Below are positions 1 through 11,649 of a stretch of DNA of 50,798 nucleotides, piece after piece; within the stretch, counting starts at the first letter, position 1, and the number at the start of each line of letters is the position of its first letter. Position numbers and translations under genes: made by a program. Below the pieces are notes generated by a model, which saw only the letters and a program-made list of their open reading frames with translations, was not told where the DNA came from and made no database searches. Source of the DNA: Nemertoderma westbladi (Eukaryota; Animalia; Xenacoelomorpha); assembly GCA_032718475.1 (NCBI GenBank), contig JAUCBJ010005936.1, positions 1 through 50,798 on the forward strand, written 5' to 3'.

Positions 1-716
1 TATCTACTACATCCTAGGCTCTATCTTTACGGAGTTGCAGAGTCCTATACACTTCCCCAGTCTACCGCTAGAGGGTGAAATGTCTGAAAATTAACATCTT
101 CTCCAACTTTGTTATTTACAAACGGTTTAGACTGAAACTTGGTAGGCATCTACTACAGCATAGGCTCTACCTTTACGGAGTCGCAGAGTTGTATACAGTT
201 CCCCTATCTGCCGCTAGAGGGCGAATTGTCTGATAGTGAACACCTCATCCCAATTGGTTCTCTTTAATCCCTTTGAGCTGAAACTTGGCAGGAATCTACT
301 GCAGCATATTCTGTATCTTTACGGAGTCCCAGAGTCGTCTACAGTTCTTCAGTCTACCGCTAGAAGTCTGAATGTGAACATCTACACCAATTTTGTTATT
401 TACAATCTGTTTAAGCTGAAACTTGAAAGGCAGGCATTTTACTTCACCATAAACCCCACCTTTACCAAACTGCAGCGCCGTCTGCATTTCACCAGTCCGC
501 AGGTAGAGGGTGGATCTGAAAGTGATCATTTTCTGGAAATTTTGTTATTTACAATCTGACTAAAGTTGAAACTTGACAGTTATCTCTTATGGGGGTGGTG
601 TTTTATTTAATGATGGTGTCTGTTCCGTATGCAGTTCTCCAATCTCCCACACATATTCATATATCATCTGCACGTGCACTAGAAAGCTGTGGCCCGAAGG
701 GCCACAGGCTTTCTAG
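1..716 (+). mobile_element. Non-autonomous Helitron-type element, subfamily A (5'-truncated by window edge)
   Basis: Ends in hairpin GTGGCCC-GAA-GGGCCAC followed by CTAG (713-716); near-identical to 4229-4952; ~146-bp internal repeats. Confidence 0.85.
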
Positions 717-2834
717 TCTATATATATAAATATCATGTGTCTGTCTGTCTGTTTGTTTGTCTGTCCAAGCTATACGTTTCTACACACAAGCACCAATCTG
801 AGCTCGCGATACATCGAACGAAAGCTCTCGTCACGAGCACGTGCACTGTCGCTATCTCGAGTCTTATTTTACGCGTTTGTTTGCGTGAATGCAGATTTCG
901 TGAATTTGGTACCGGTAGCGCAGTAGGCCTAGCAGTTCATTCTGTCACTCTACATGTTGGGTCCGACTATTAGGCTACTTTTTGATACCAGACTTAATCT
1001 GTTCTAAATGATACTTTGCAGATCCGGTCCCGACCATAGATGCAGATTTCGTGAATTTGGTACCGTTAGCGCAGTAGGCCTAGCAGTTCATTCTGTCACT
1101 CTACATGTTGGGTTCGACTATTATTATTATGCTACTTTTTGATACCAGACTTAATCTGTTCTAAATGATACTTTGCAGATCTGTTCCCGACCATAGACTG
1201 TGTGTTTGGGAGGACACTGATCAATCTGCAGTTCTCCAGTCTGACGCTAGGGGGCGAAATATCCGAAACTGAAAACATCTCCCATTTCGTTATTATTAAA
1301 GCCTTTTAGCTGATACATGGTAGAGGTCTTTTACCCCATAGGCTGTGTGTTTGGGGAGGATGCTGACCAATCTGCAATTCCCCAGTCTGCCGCTAGGGGG
1401 AGAAATATCTGAAAGTGAAAACCTTATGCCATTTCTTTGTTTATAATGCTTTTTTGCTGATACTTGGCAGAGGCCTACTACACCATACAGCGTGTTTGGG
1501 GAGGAGCTAGAATCAGTCTGCATTTCTCCAGTCTACCGCTAGGGGGCCAAATATCTGAAAGTGAAAACCTTATCCCATTTCGTTATTAATGATGGTTTTA
1601 GGCTGACATTTGACAGATGCGTATTACACCATATGGTCTGTGTTTGTGGAGGACCCCCAACTACCTGCAGTTCCCCATTCGGCCGCTAGGGGGCAAAATA
1701 TCTGAAAGTGAAAACCTTATCCCATTTCGTTGTTTATACTACTTATAGGCTGATACTTGGCAGAGGTCTACTACACCATAGGCTGCGTGTTTGTGGAGAA
1801 CTCTGACCAATCTGCAATTCCTCTGTCTGCCACTAGGGGGCCAAATGTCTGAAAGTGAAAACCTTATCCCATTTCGTTATTAATAATGCTTTTAGGCTGA
1901 CACTTGGCAGATGTGTATTACACCATATGGTGTTTGTCTGTAGAGGACGCCCAAATACCTGCAGTTCTCAATTCGGCCGCTAGGGGGCGAAATATCAGAA
2001 AGTGAAAACCTTATCCCATTTCGTTGTTTATAATACTTATAGGCTGATACTTCGCAGAGGTCTACTACCCCATAGACTGCGTTTTTGTGGAGAACTTTGA
2101 CCAATCTGCAATTCCTCACTCTGCCGCTAGAGGGTGAAATGTCTGAAATGAAAACCTTCTCCCATTTCGTTGTTTCTAATGCTTTTTTTTATACTTGGGA
2201 AAGGTATACTACACCATAGGATGTGTGTTTGGGGCGGATGCTAACCAGTCTGCAGTTCTCCAGTATATGGCTAGAGGGTGCGAAATGTCTGAAAAGTGAA
2301 AACATTCTCACATTTATTTATTAAAAATGCTTTTAGGCTGAGACTTGGCAGAGGTCTACTGTACTACATCATTGGCTGCGTCTTTGGGAAGGACGGTGAC
2401 CAGTCTGCAGTTGTCCAGTCCGCCACTAGGGGACGAATTGTCTCAAAGTGAAATCCTTCTCCCATTTAAATTCTTTAGAGTTGATTCTTGGCAGCGATCT
2501 AAAAGTACTGTACAGTACCTACTAAACTAAATAAACTATAGGTTGTGTTTACGAGGATGTTCTACAGTTTAACCTTTTTCCATATTTTTACTATTTTGTA
2601 ATCCTTTGGAAATGATACTTGGTAGGCATTTACTATATACAACAAGCCTTATGTTGTACATAGTAAAGTTTGTAGTAAAATAGCTTCAGTAATTTTGTTT
2701 GAGAGAACACTCAATCATGTGACGTTTTGTTAAGTTAAGTTAAGTTAATTAATTAATTACAGAATTAATGTTTGGAATGGTGAATAGGCTTGTGAACTAG
2801 AAAGCCGTGGCCCGAAGGGCCACTGGCTTTCTAG
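717..2834 (+). mobile_element. Non-autonomous Helitron-type element, subfamily B
   Basis: Starts TCTATATATATAAATATC, then a (GTCT)n tract, nine 146-147-bp repeats, terminal hairpin and CTAG at 2831-2834; paralogous to 4953-7384; internal ~150-bp duplication near 889-1195. Confidence 0.85.
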
Positions 2835-4952
2835 TCTAATATATATAAATATCGATTGTCTGTCTGTCTGTGTGTTTGTCATCGGCTATACAATCGAACC
2901 CATCTCGATGAAATCTCGCTTGCTATATCTCGTTAGAAAGGTCTCGCCCTAACTCGTTGCAACGTAATACTCAGAGCCGTCTGAAGTTCGCCCGTCTGCC
3001 GCTAGAGGGCGATTTTCGTGATTTTCGGGCGAAATTTATCGAATTATTTCGGTTCTTCTATCGGTAATTAATGATTTAGAGGGCTAACATTTATCCCACC
3101 TGGTATAAAATTAACATGGGTAGATTCGCCGTGTCCCATTCTCACAAAGTTTTTATTTTATTCGAGTGTTTAATATAAATATGTATGATTATTTATTGAT
3201 TAAAAATCAAATAGTGTATAAATATGTCATATTCGCCAAGCACGATCGAATTGGCCTATTGGTATTGAATAGGGAAGGATTGTTTTCTGTATCATAGCAA
3301 CGTTAAGGTAATTATTGAACTCGCAGCTAGCTGGCTGGGCACAGATAAGGAGCAAGCAGGCTGGAGTGTTGATTGGGGTGGGTTTGGGTTGTCTATTGCG
3401 AATTGCTCAGAGTAATTCTGCTTTTTCAATCATTGGCTGCATGGAAGGAGAGGTTTATAACATTTTTGTTTTACTGTTATGAATATTAAAAGTAAAATAA
3501 TTATTTCTCTACGCCTGTACTTACTGTATTATTATTTTATCTAATATTATACATCTAATCTCGATGAGTGGTAGCTATATACTGCAGCATAGGCTGTATA
3601 TTTCCGGAGTCACTGGGTTGTCTACAGTTCCCCAGTCTACCGTTAGAGGGCTAAATGTCTGAGAGTTAACATCTTCTCCAACTTTATTATTTACAATCCG
3701 TTTTGACTGAAACTTGGTAGGCATCTACTACAGCATAGGCTGAATCTTTACTGAGTCGCAGAGTCCCTTTTGAGCTGAAACTTGGCAGGTATCTACTACA
3801 TCCTAGGCTCTATCTTTACGGAGTTGCAGAGTCCTATACACTTCCCCAGTCTACCGCTAGAGGGTGAAATGTCTGAAAGTTACCATCTTCTCCAACTTTG
3901 TTATTTATAATCCATTTAGACTGAACTTGGTAGGCATCTACTACAGCATAGGCTATATCTTTACTGAGTCGCGCAGAGTTGTCTACATTACCCGCGTCTG
4001 CCGCTAGAGGGCGAAATGTATGAAAGTTAACATCTCCTCCAACTTTGTTATTTACAATCCTTTTAGACTGAAACTTGGTAGACATCTACTATAGCATAGG
4101 CTATATCTTTGTGGAGTAGTAGAGTCGTCTACAGTTCCACAGTCAGCCGCTAGAGGGGGAATTGTCTGATAGTGAAAACCTCATCCCATTTGGTTCTTTT
4201 TAATCATTTTGAGCTGAAACTTGGCAGGTATCTACTACATCATAGGCTGTATCTTTACGGAGTTGCAGAGTCCTTTACACTTCCCCAGTCTACCGCTAGA
4301 GGGTGAAATGTCTGAAAGTTAACATCTTCTCCAACTTTGTTATTTACTAACGGTTTACACTGAAACTTGGTAGGCATCTACTACAACATAGGCTGTACCT
4401 TTACGGATTCGCAGAGTTGTATACAGTCCCCCCATTTGACGCTAGAGGGCGAAATATCTGATAGTGAACACCTCATCCCATTTGGTTCTTTTTAATCCCT
4501 TTGAGCTGGAACTTGGCAGGAATCTACTACAGCATATTCTGTATCTTTACGGAGTCCTAGAGTCGTCTACAGTTCTTCAGTCTACCGCTAGAGGGTGAAA
4601 TGTTTGAATATGAACATCTACACCAATTTTGTTATTTACAATCTGTTTAAGCTGAAACTTGAAAGGCAGGCATTTTACTTCACCATAAACCCCATCTTTA
4701 CCAAACTGCAGCGCCGTCTGCATTTCACCAGTCCGCAGGTAGAGGGTGGATCTGAAAGTGATCATTTTCTGGAAATTTTGTTATTTACAATCTGCCTAAA
4801 GTTGAAACTTGACAGTTATCTCTTATGGGGGTGGTGTTTTATTTAATTATGGTGTCTGTTCCGTATGCAGTTCTCAAATCTCCCACACATATTCATATAT
4901 CATCTGCACGTGCACTAGAAAGCTGTGGCCCGAAGGGCCACAGGCTTTCTAG
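2835..4952 (+). mobile_element. Non-autonomous Helitron-type element, subfamily A (complete)
   Basis: Starts TCTAATATATATAAATATC + (GTCT)n; ~146-bp repeats 3580-4800; hairpin and CTAG at 4949-4952. Confidence 0.85.
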
Positions 4953-7384
4953 TCTATATATATAAATATCATGTGTCTGTCTGTCTGTTTGTCTGTCCAA
5001 GCTATACGTTTCTACACACAAGCACAAATCGGAGCTCGCGATACATCGAACGAAAGCTCTCGTCACGAGCACGTGCACTGTCGCTATCTCGAGTCTTATT
5101 TTGCGCGTTTGTTTGCGTGAATGCAGATTTCGTGAATTTAGTACCGGTAGCGCGGTAGGCCTAGCAGTTCATTCTGTCACTCTACATGTTGGGTCTCGAC
5201 TATTATGCTACTTTTTGATGCGCATCTACGTGATGCAGACTGCCCCGAGCACATGGACGCGAAACGTGGTTATATCGAGGCTAATTTTATGTATCATTTA
5301 TGCGTGAATGCGTATTATTACTACTGTATTATTGTGGTCAAATTGGGCTATACCATAACCATTTTCGGCCAAATTACTGATCAACCGGTTACACCATCAG
5401 TCTCAATCTGTGATAATGCATATAATATAATATGATAAATGATACTTTGCAGATATATTCCTGACCATAGACTGCGTGTTTGGGAGGACACTGATCAATC
5501 TGCAGATCTCCTGTCTGCCGCTAGGGGGCGAGATGTCCGAAACTGAAAACCTTTTCCCATTTCGTTATTATTAAGGCCTTTTAATTGATACGTGGCAGAG
5601 GTATACTACACCATAGGCTGTATGTTTGCGGATGATGCTGACCAATCTTCAATTCCCCAGTCCGCCGCTAGGGGGAGAGATATCCGAAAGTGAAAACCTT
5701 ATCCCATGTCGTTGTTTCTAAGGCTTTTTTGCTGATACTTGGCAGAGATCTACTCTCCATAGACTGCGTGTTTGTGGAGAACTCTGGCCAATCTGCAATT
5801 CCTCTGTCTGCCGCTAGGGGGCGCAATGTCTGAAAGTGAAAACATTCACCCATTTCGTTATTTATAATGCTTTTTTGCTGGTACTTGGCAGAAGTCTACT
5901 ACACCATAGACTGCGTGTTTGTAGAGAACTCTGAATAATCTACAATTCCTCTGTCTGCCGGTAGGGGGCGCAATGTTTGAAAGTGAAAACCTTCACCCAT
6001 TTCGTTGTTTTTAATGCTTTTAGGCTGACACTTGGCAGATGTGTATTACACCATAGGGTGTGTGTCTGGAGAGGACGACGAACAACCTGCAGTTCTCTAT
6101 TCGGCCACTAGGGGGCGAATATCTGAATGTGAAAACCTTATCCCATTATTGATGTTTATAATGTTTTTAGGCTGATACTTGTCAGAGGTCTACTTCATCA
6201 AAGACTGCGTGTTTATGGAGAACGCTGACCAATCTGCAATAGCTCTTGTCTGCCGCTAGGGGGCGCAATGTCTGAAAGTGAAAACCTTTATGCATTTTAT
6301 TATTTATAATGCTTTTTTGCTGATACTTGGCAGTGGTCTACTACACCATAGGCTGTGTGTTTGGGGAGGAGCTAGAACCAGTCTGCATTTATCCAGTCTA
6401 CCGCTAGGGGGCCAAATGTCTTGAAAGTGAAAACCTTATCCCATTTCGTTATTAATATGCTTTCAGGCTGACACTTGCCAGATGTGTATTACACCATAGG
6501 GCGTGTATCTGGGGAGGACGCCGAACAAACTGCAGTTCTCCATTCGGCCGCTAGGGGGCGAAATGTCTGAAAGTGAAAACCCTCTCCCATTTCGATGTTT
6601 ATAATGCTTTTAGGCTGATGCTTGGCAGAGGTCTACTACACCATAGACTGCGTGTTTGAGGAAAACTCTGACCAATCTGCAATTTCTCAGTCTGCCGCTC
6701 GAGGGTGAAATGTCTGAAATGAAAACCTTCTCCCATTTCGTTGTTTCTAATGCTTTTTTTCTTATATTTGGGAAAGGTACTACACCATAGGGTGTGTGTT
6801 TGGGGCGGATGCTAACCAGTCTGCAGTTCTCCAGTATACTGCTAGGGTGCGAAATGTCTGAAAAGTGAAAACATTCTCACATTTATTTATTAAAAATGCA
6901 TTTAGGCTGATACTTGGCAGAGGTCTACTGTACGACATCATTGGCTGCGTCTTTGGGAAGGACGTTCACCAGTCTGCAGTTCCCCAGTCCGCCACTAGGG
7001 GACGAATTATCTGAAAGTGAAATCCTTCTCCCATTTAAATTATTTAGAGTTGATTCTTGGCAGCGATCTAAAATTACTGTACAGTACCTACTAAATTTAC
7101 GAGGATGATAACCTGCAGTTCTACAGTTTAACCTTTTTCCATATTTTTACTATTTTGTAATCCTTTGGAAATGATACTTGGTAGGCATTTACTACAGTAT
7201 ATACAACAAGCCTTATGTTGTACATAGTAGTTTGTAGTAAAATAGCTTCAGTAATTTTGTTTGAGAGAACACTCAATCATGTGACGTTTTGTTAAGTTAA
7301 GTTAATTAATTAATCTAATGTTTGGAATGGTGAATAGGCTTGTGAACTAGAAAGACGTGGCCCGAAGGGCCACGGGCTTTCTAG
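4953..7384 (+). mobile_element. Non-autonomous Helitron-type element, subfamily B (longer copy)
   Basis: TC start, about eleven 146-148-bp repeats, hairpin and CTAG at 7381-7384. Confidence 0.85.
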
Positions 7385-9051
7385 TCTATATATATAAATA
7401 TCCTCTGTCTGTCTGTGAGTCTGTGAGTCTATGAGTCTGTGAGTCTGTCCAAGCTATACACTCCGACACACGAGCACCAATCTGAGCGAATGATACATCG
7501 ATCGAAAGCTCTCGTCCCAAGCACGTAAACTATCGCTATCTCGAGGCTTATTTTACGCGTATGCTTGCGTGAATGCGTATTTTGTATTCGCTGCAACATG
7601 TTGTGTGATAAAATCTCAAAGTGATTCGAATATTCCTTTTGGCAGTACAGGCCTGGCAAAGCTGAGAGTTAGTTCGCAAGGCAGCTAGCTACTTGCAGAC
7701 CAATCATAGGTGGCCTGCAGCAGGCTGGGTTGGTTAAGTAGTAATCTCAATAAATAGGACCCAGCAGGAGAGTGGAGTGGATCTACTGTGATTGGTTCTT
7801 GACTTACATTGGTAAGAACAAGCAGTAAATCTTAGATTAGCTTTTTTTCAGTTCACATATTGTTTACAATCATAAACACAAAATTATTCAATTATTCATT
7901 TTTGCAATGTACCGGATGGGTGCTAGCGAGGTAGGCCTAGCAGGTCGTCAGTCCGTCATCCTACAAGTTGGATCTTGACTCTATCATGTGCGTGCACCTA
8001 TATAATGCAGACCATCCTCAGCCCGTGAACTTGAATTGTAAAGGCTATCTCGAGGCTGATTTTTTACACATTTACTTGATACTTGCATGAATGCGTCTTG
8101 GAGGTAAAATTGCATTATTCTGCAGTTGTTTTGTTATCGGAGAAATTACTGATCAGCAAGCAGGAAATTGTAACAGCAGTTATTGCATCATCGTAATTCG
8201 TAACCACTCTGCTGACACTTTGCAGAATAAATTCTACCTGACCATAGCTGCGTGTTGGGAGGACGCCGACCAGTTTGCGGTTCTTCAGTCTGCCACTAGG
8301 AGGCGAAATGTCTGAAAGTGAAAATCTTATCCTATTTTGTTATTAATAATGATTTTTAGCTGATACTTAGGTCCTTTACACAATATGTTTATAATGTTTT
8401 TTGCTGATACCAAGCAGAGTATACTACACCGTAGGGTGTGTATTTGGGCTTGGGGAGACGATGACTAATCTACAGTTCCCCATTCTGCCGCTATTAGGTG
8501 ATGAAATGTCTGAATGAGGAAACCTACAATTTTGTTATTTATGAATGCTTTTTTGCTGATACTTGGCACTTGGCAGAGGACTACTACACCATAGTCGTCA
8601 TGTTTGGGGAGGACGCTAACCAGTGCATAATTATGCAGTCTGCCACTAGGGGGCGAAATGTATGAAATTAGAACCTTCCATTTTAATACGATAGAGTTGC
8701 TGCAGTGACCTACTGCACTATAGATTATGTTTGCGAGGACGCTAACCACTACTCTGCAGTTATACAGTTTTCCACTAAGGGGAAAATATCACACACAGTT
8801 TAAACCTTTTCACATTTTATTATTTGTAATCCATTGGAGGTGTTACTTGGAAGGTATCTACTACAACATAAAGCCTTATGTTTATTATTGTATGTAGCTG
8901 CAACTAAAACGGGATCAGTCTGTTAGTCGTATGTAAAGTTTTGTTAAGTTAATTAATTAATTTATTTATGTTTGATATTGTCCATTGATTGATTGATTGT
9001 ATAGAAGCTTGTGAACTAGAAAGCCGTGGCCGAAGGCCACGGGCTTTCTAG
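7385..9051 (+). mobile_element. Non-autonomous Helitron-type element, diverged B-related subfamily C
   Basis: TC start, (GAGTCTGT)n tract, degraded internal repeats, hairpin GTGGCC-GAA-GGCCAC and CTAG at 9048-9051 followed by T as expected for a Helitron target. Confidence 0.8.
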
Positions 9052-9435
9052 TTCTAATTAATAAATATACAATGTTCTAGAACGTTTTGTTTATCTCATA
9101 AGTAGCTTGGCAACAATGCAATGCCTACATGATAATACTAGTACATGGATATTAGGCCTAATAGATAATTAAAAGTTCTAAAACATTGTTTATTTATTAA
9201 ATAGAATAAATGGCCTACAGCGGAAACAAATAGATGCAACATTCGAATGCCCATATCTCAGCTATTTCCCAACCAAATACAAATATTTCTACATAATTTG
9301 GAATCCTTGCACTGTCAGCTTTCCACTAGTATTAACGGTGTAACGGAGACACCGTTTTTAAACGCTTGTAGCTGAAGAATGAAAGCAAAAATAAAAATTC
9401 TGGGTCACCCACTAAGGGGGAGGGAGATGAAACTA
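9052..9435 (-). mobile_element. Partial foldback MITE related to 14151-15011
   Basis: 9073-9122 matches the reverse complement of 14560-14610; 9335-9435 matches its arm (ACGGAGACACC...AAACGCTTGTAGCT...GAATGAAAGCAAAAATAAAAATTCTGG). Confidence 0.7.
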
Positions 9436-9619
9436 CCAGTGCCGTTATAAACTATTAACATCGCTCCAAGAGCCACCATAAATATAAGCTCACTTATTTG
9501 TAACATAATTTATGTCACTTTTACATTTATTTATACAGCAACTAATTTAATTTGTCCAGTTCCTATCACTTATAATGTATATACAATCATTTCGAAATGT
9601 TACAATTTTGGAATACAAC

Positions 9620-9765
9620 TACATACATACTTTTTGCAAAGTACTTTACAGTGTTCTGATCCTCGTGGCTTTATTTTCACTCACTCACTAACGTTCGTTT
9701 GTGTACCAAAGCCACTCGGATCATCACACTGTAAAGTGCTACTTTACACATAAGTATGTAAATAG
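9620..9765. mobile_element. ~145-bp palindromic hairpin element
   Basis: Nested inverted pairs TACATACT/AGTATGTA, ACTTTACAGTG/CACTGTAAAGT, GTGGCTTT/AAAGCCAC; similar architecture at 12621-12740 and 26999-27146. Confidence 0.6.
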
Positions 9766-10181
9766 TTATTACATTCATACCGGTAACATCATAGGTACAT
9801 ATTACATAATACTTCCAGCCACCCACCAATTTTTATACTAGCTATAGTTCTTTTTTTATAAATTCTTTGAAAATGTGAGCTGTTGTTAGCTAATTATTAA
9901 TAATGTTCTAGAATAAATATTTCATTCTAGAACTTTTTAGAAAGGTTAAAAATTCCCATATAGGCCTATACTAGCTAATTGTTGTATTTTTAATTTTTTA
10001 TAAGTTCTAGAACATTAATTTTATTCTAGAAAAATTTCTAAAAAGTTAAAAATCATTAGATAAATAGATATATTTATTTATACATTATGTAAAAACAATA
10101 ACAAATACACCAAACAAAGTACAGGTATTGTCCAACATAACATATAGGATTACCCCTAAAGCTTTGCAACTTATTTCCAAG

Positions 10182-10725
10182 GACCCCTGTAACAGAAAGC
10201 TGGTCCCTGTACCAGAAAACTGGTCCCTGTACCAGAATGCTAGTCCCTGTACCCGAAAGCTGGTCCCTGTACCAGAATGCTGGTCCATGTACCAGAATGC
10301 TAGTCCCTGTACCAGAATGCTGGTCCCTGTACCAGAAAGCTGGTCCCTGTACCAGAAAGCTGGTTCCTGTTTCCTGTACCAGAAAGCTGGTCCCTATACC
10401 AGAAAGCTGGTCCCTGTACCAGAAAGCTGGTTCCTGTACCAGAAAGCTGGTCCTTGTACTAGAAAGCTGGTCCCTGTATCAGAAAGCTGGTCCCTATACC
10501 AGAAAGCTGGTCCCTGTACCAGAAAGCTGGTTCCTGTACCAGAAAGCTGGTCCTTGTACTAGAAAGCTGGTCCCTATACCTGAAAGCTGGTCCCTGTACC
10601 AGAAAGCTGGTTCCTGTACCAGAAAGCTGGTCCTTGTACTAGAAAGCTGGTCCCTATACCAGAAAGCTGGTCCCTGTACCAGAAAGCTGGTTGGTCCCTG
10701 TACCAGAAAGCTGATACAGGGACCA
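10182..10725. repeat. 20-bp minisatellite (CCCTGTACCAGAAAGCTGGT)n, ~26 copies
   Basis: Directly visible tandem unit; ends in an inverted arm (CTGATACAGGGACCA). Confidence 0.95.
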
Positions 10726-11040
10726 TTTACTAAATTTAAATTTATTAAATTTATATATAGGAAACTTTGTTGGGAAATTGAGAAATTGCCACTGTGCGTA
10801 CTTGATATCAACTGGTTTAATTATGGTATTCGGTAGGCCCCTATATATTGGATTTACATTAAAGCTATAGATATTCAATGCACTGTTGACTACGAGTTCA
10901 AAGTACATCACTAAGTTACTTACAGTACTATGACCACAGTGTTTAGTTTACAATTATCACAGTCAAGACATTATATGAAGGGTTGTTAGTTCCATTTTTA
11001 GGGGTGCTTTTAGGTTAAGAAAATGTTACAGAGTATTGAG

Positions 11041-11649
11041 TTATCTTCTGATCTTTTCGATCTTCTTAATATCAGGAAGCTTTACGCCTTCGTGCCTCAC
11101 TATTCTCCCATCTCTAGCGTCTTCAAAATGTTTGGGGGGTCCTTTAACAATGAAGGTATTTTTAGGTTTGTCATCGTCTTCTGTATAGGAACGTCTATGT
11201 CTACCAGTGGCTGATACCTTACTGGGTTTAATGGAATCAACCACATTCTTTGATCTAGAATCCGCAGGCACCTTATTTTTCTTTATAGAAATGGTTCTAT
11301 TGGCCCCACCTTGCCGCATCCATTTCCCATAACTTGCGGGAAGCACATTCTTGTTGACATTACTGTGAGGTTTCGGGTAAGGCACAGGCTCAGGTGCTGT
11401 GTACGACTCAAAGTTGGAGTCACTCATGGAGTCACTGCTGGAATCACTGCTGGAATCACTGCTGGAGTCATTACTGGGAGATTTATTATTATTATCAGTT
11501 GCGGCCTTACTGTAACTCTGTAGGATTTCTCCAAAAGCTTCAGGCATCTCACGTTCAGTATCACGGAAGCTGAATGAGTCAGCATCAGATGAAACGATAT
11601 CACTTCGGTCTTTATTGGTTCCAGTAGGTTTATACGATGATCGATACAT
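11041..11649 (-). CDS. Hypothetical intronless 202-aa Ser/Asp-rich protein with basic C-terminus
   Basis: 609-bp ATG-to-TAA ORF, GC-richer than its flanks, A-rich leader, TATAAAT about 65 bp upstream; no recognisable domain. Confidence 0.5.
   Translation of the reverse strand: MYRSSYKPTGTNKDRSDIVSSDADSFSFRDTEREMPEAFGEILQSYSKAATDNNNKSPSNDSSSDSSSDSSSDSMSDSNFESYTAPEPVPYPKPHSNVNKNVLPASYGKWMRQGGANRTISIKKNKVPADSRSKNVVDSIKPSKVSATGRHRRSYTEDDDKPKNTFIVKGPPKHFEDARDGRIVRHEGVKLPDIKKIEKIRR

Noticed and set aside
717-4952. Elements B1 and A2 are both exactly 2118 bp
   Set aside because: The other complete copies are 2432 and 1667 bp, so this is probably coincidence
236-8749. Many short ORFs in the Helitron train
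   Set aside because: No Rep (HUH/Y2) or helicase motifs; frames are not conserved between paralogous copies
10085-10911. Repetitive ORFs (RKLVPVPESWSLYQKAG)
   Set aside because: Translation of the 20-bp minisatellite
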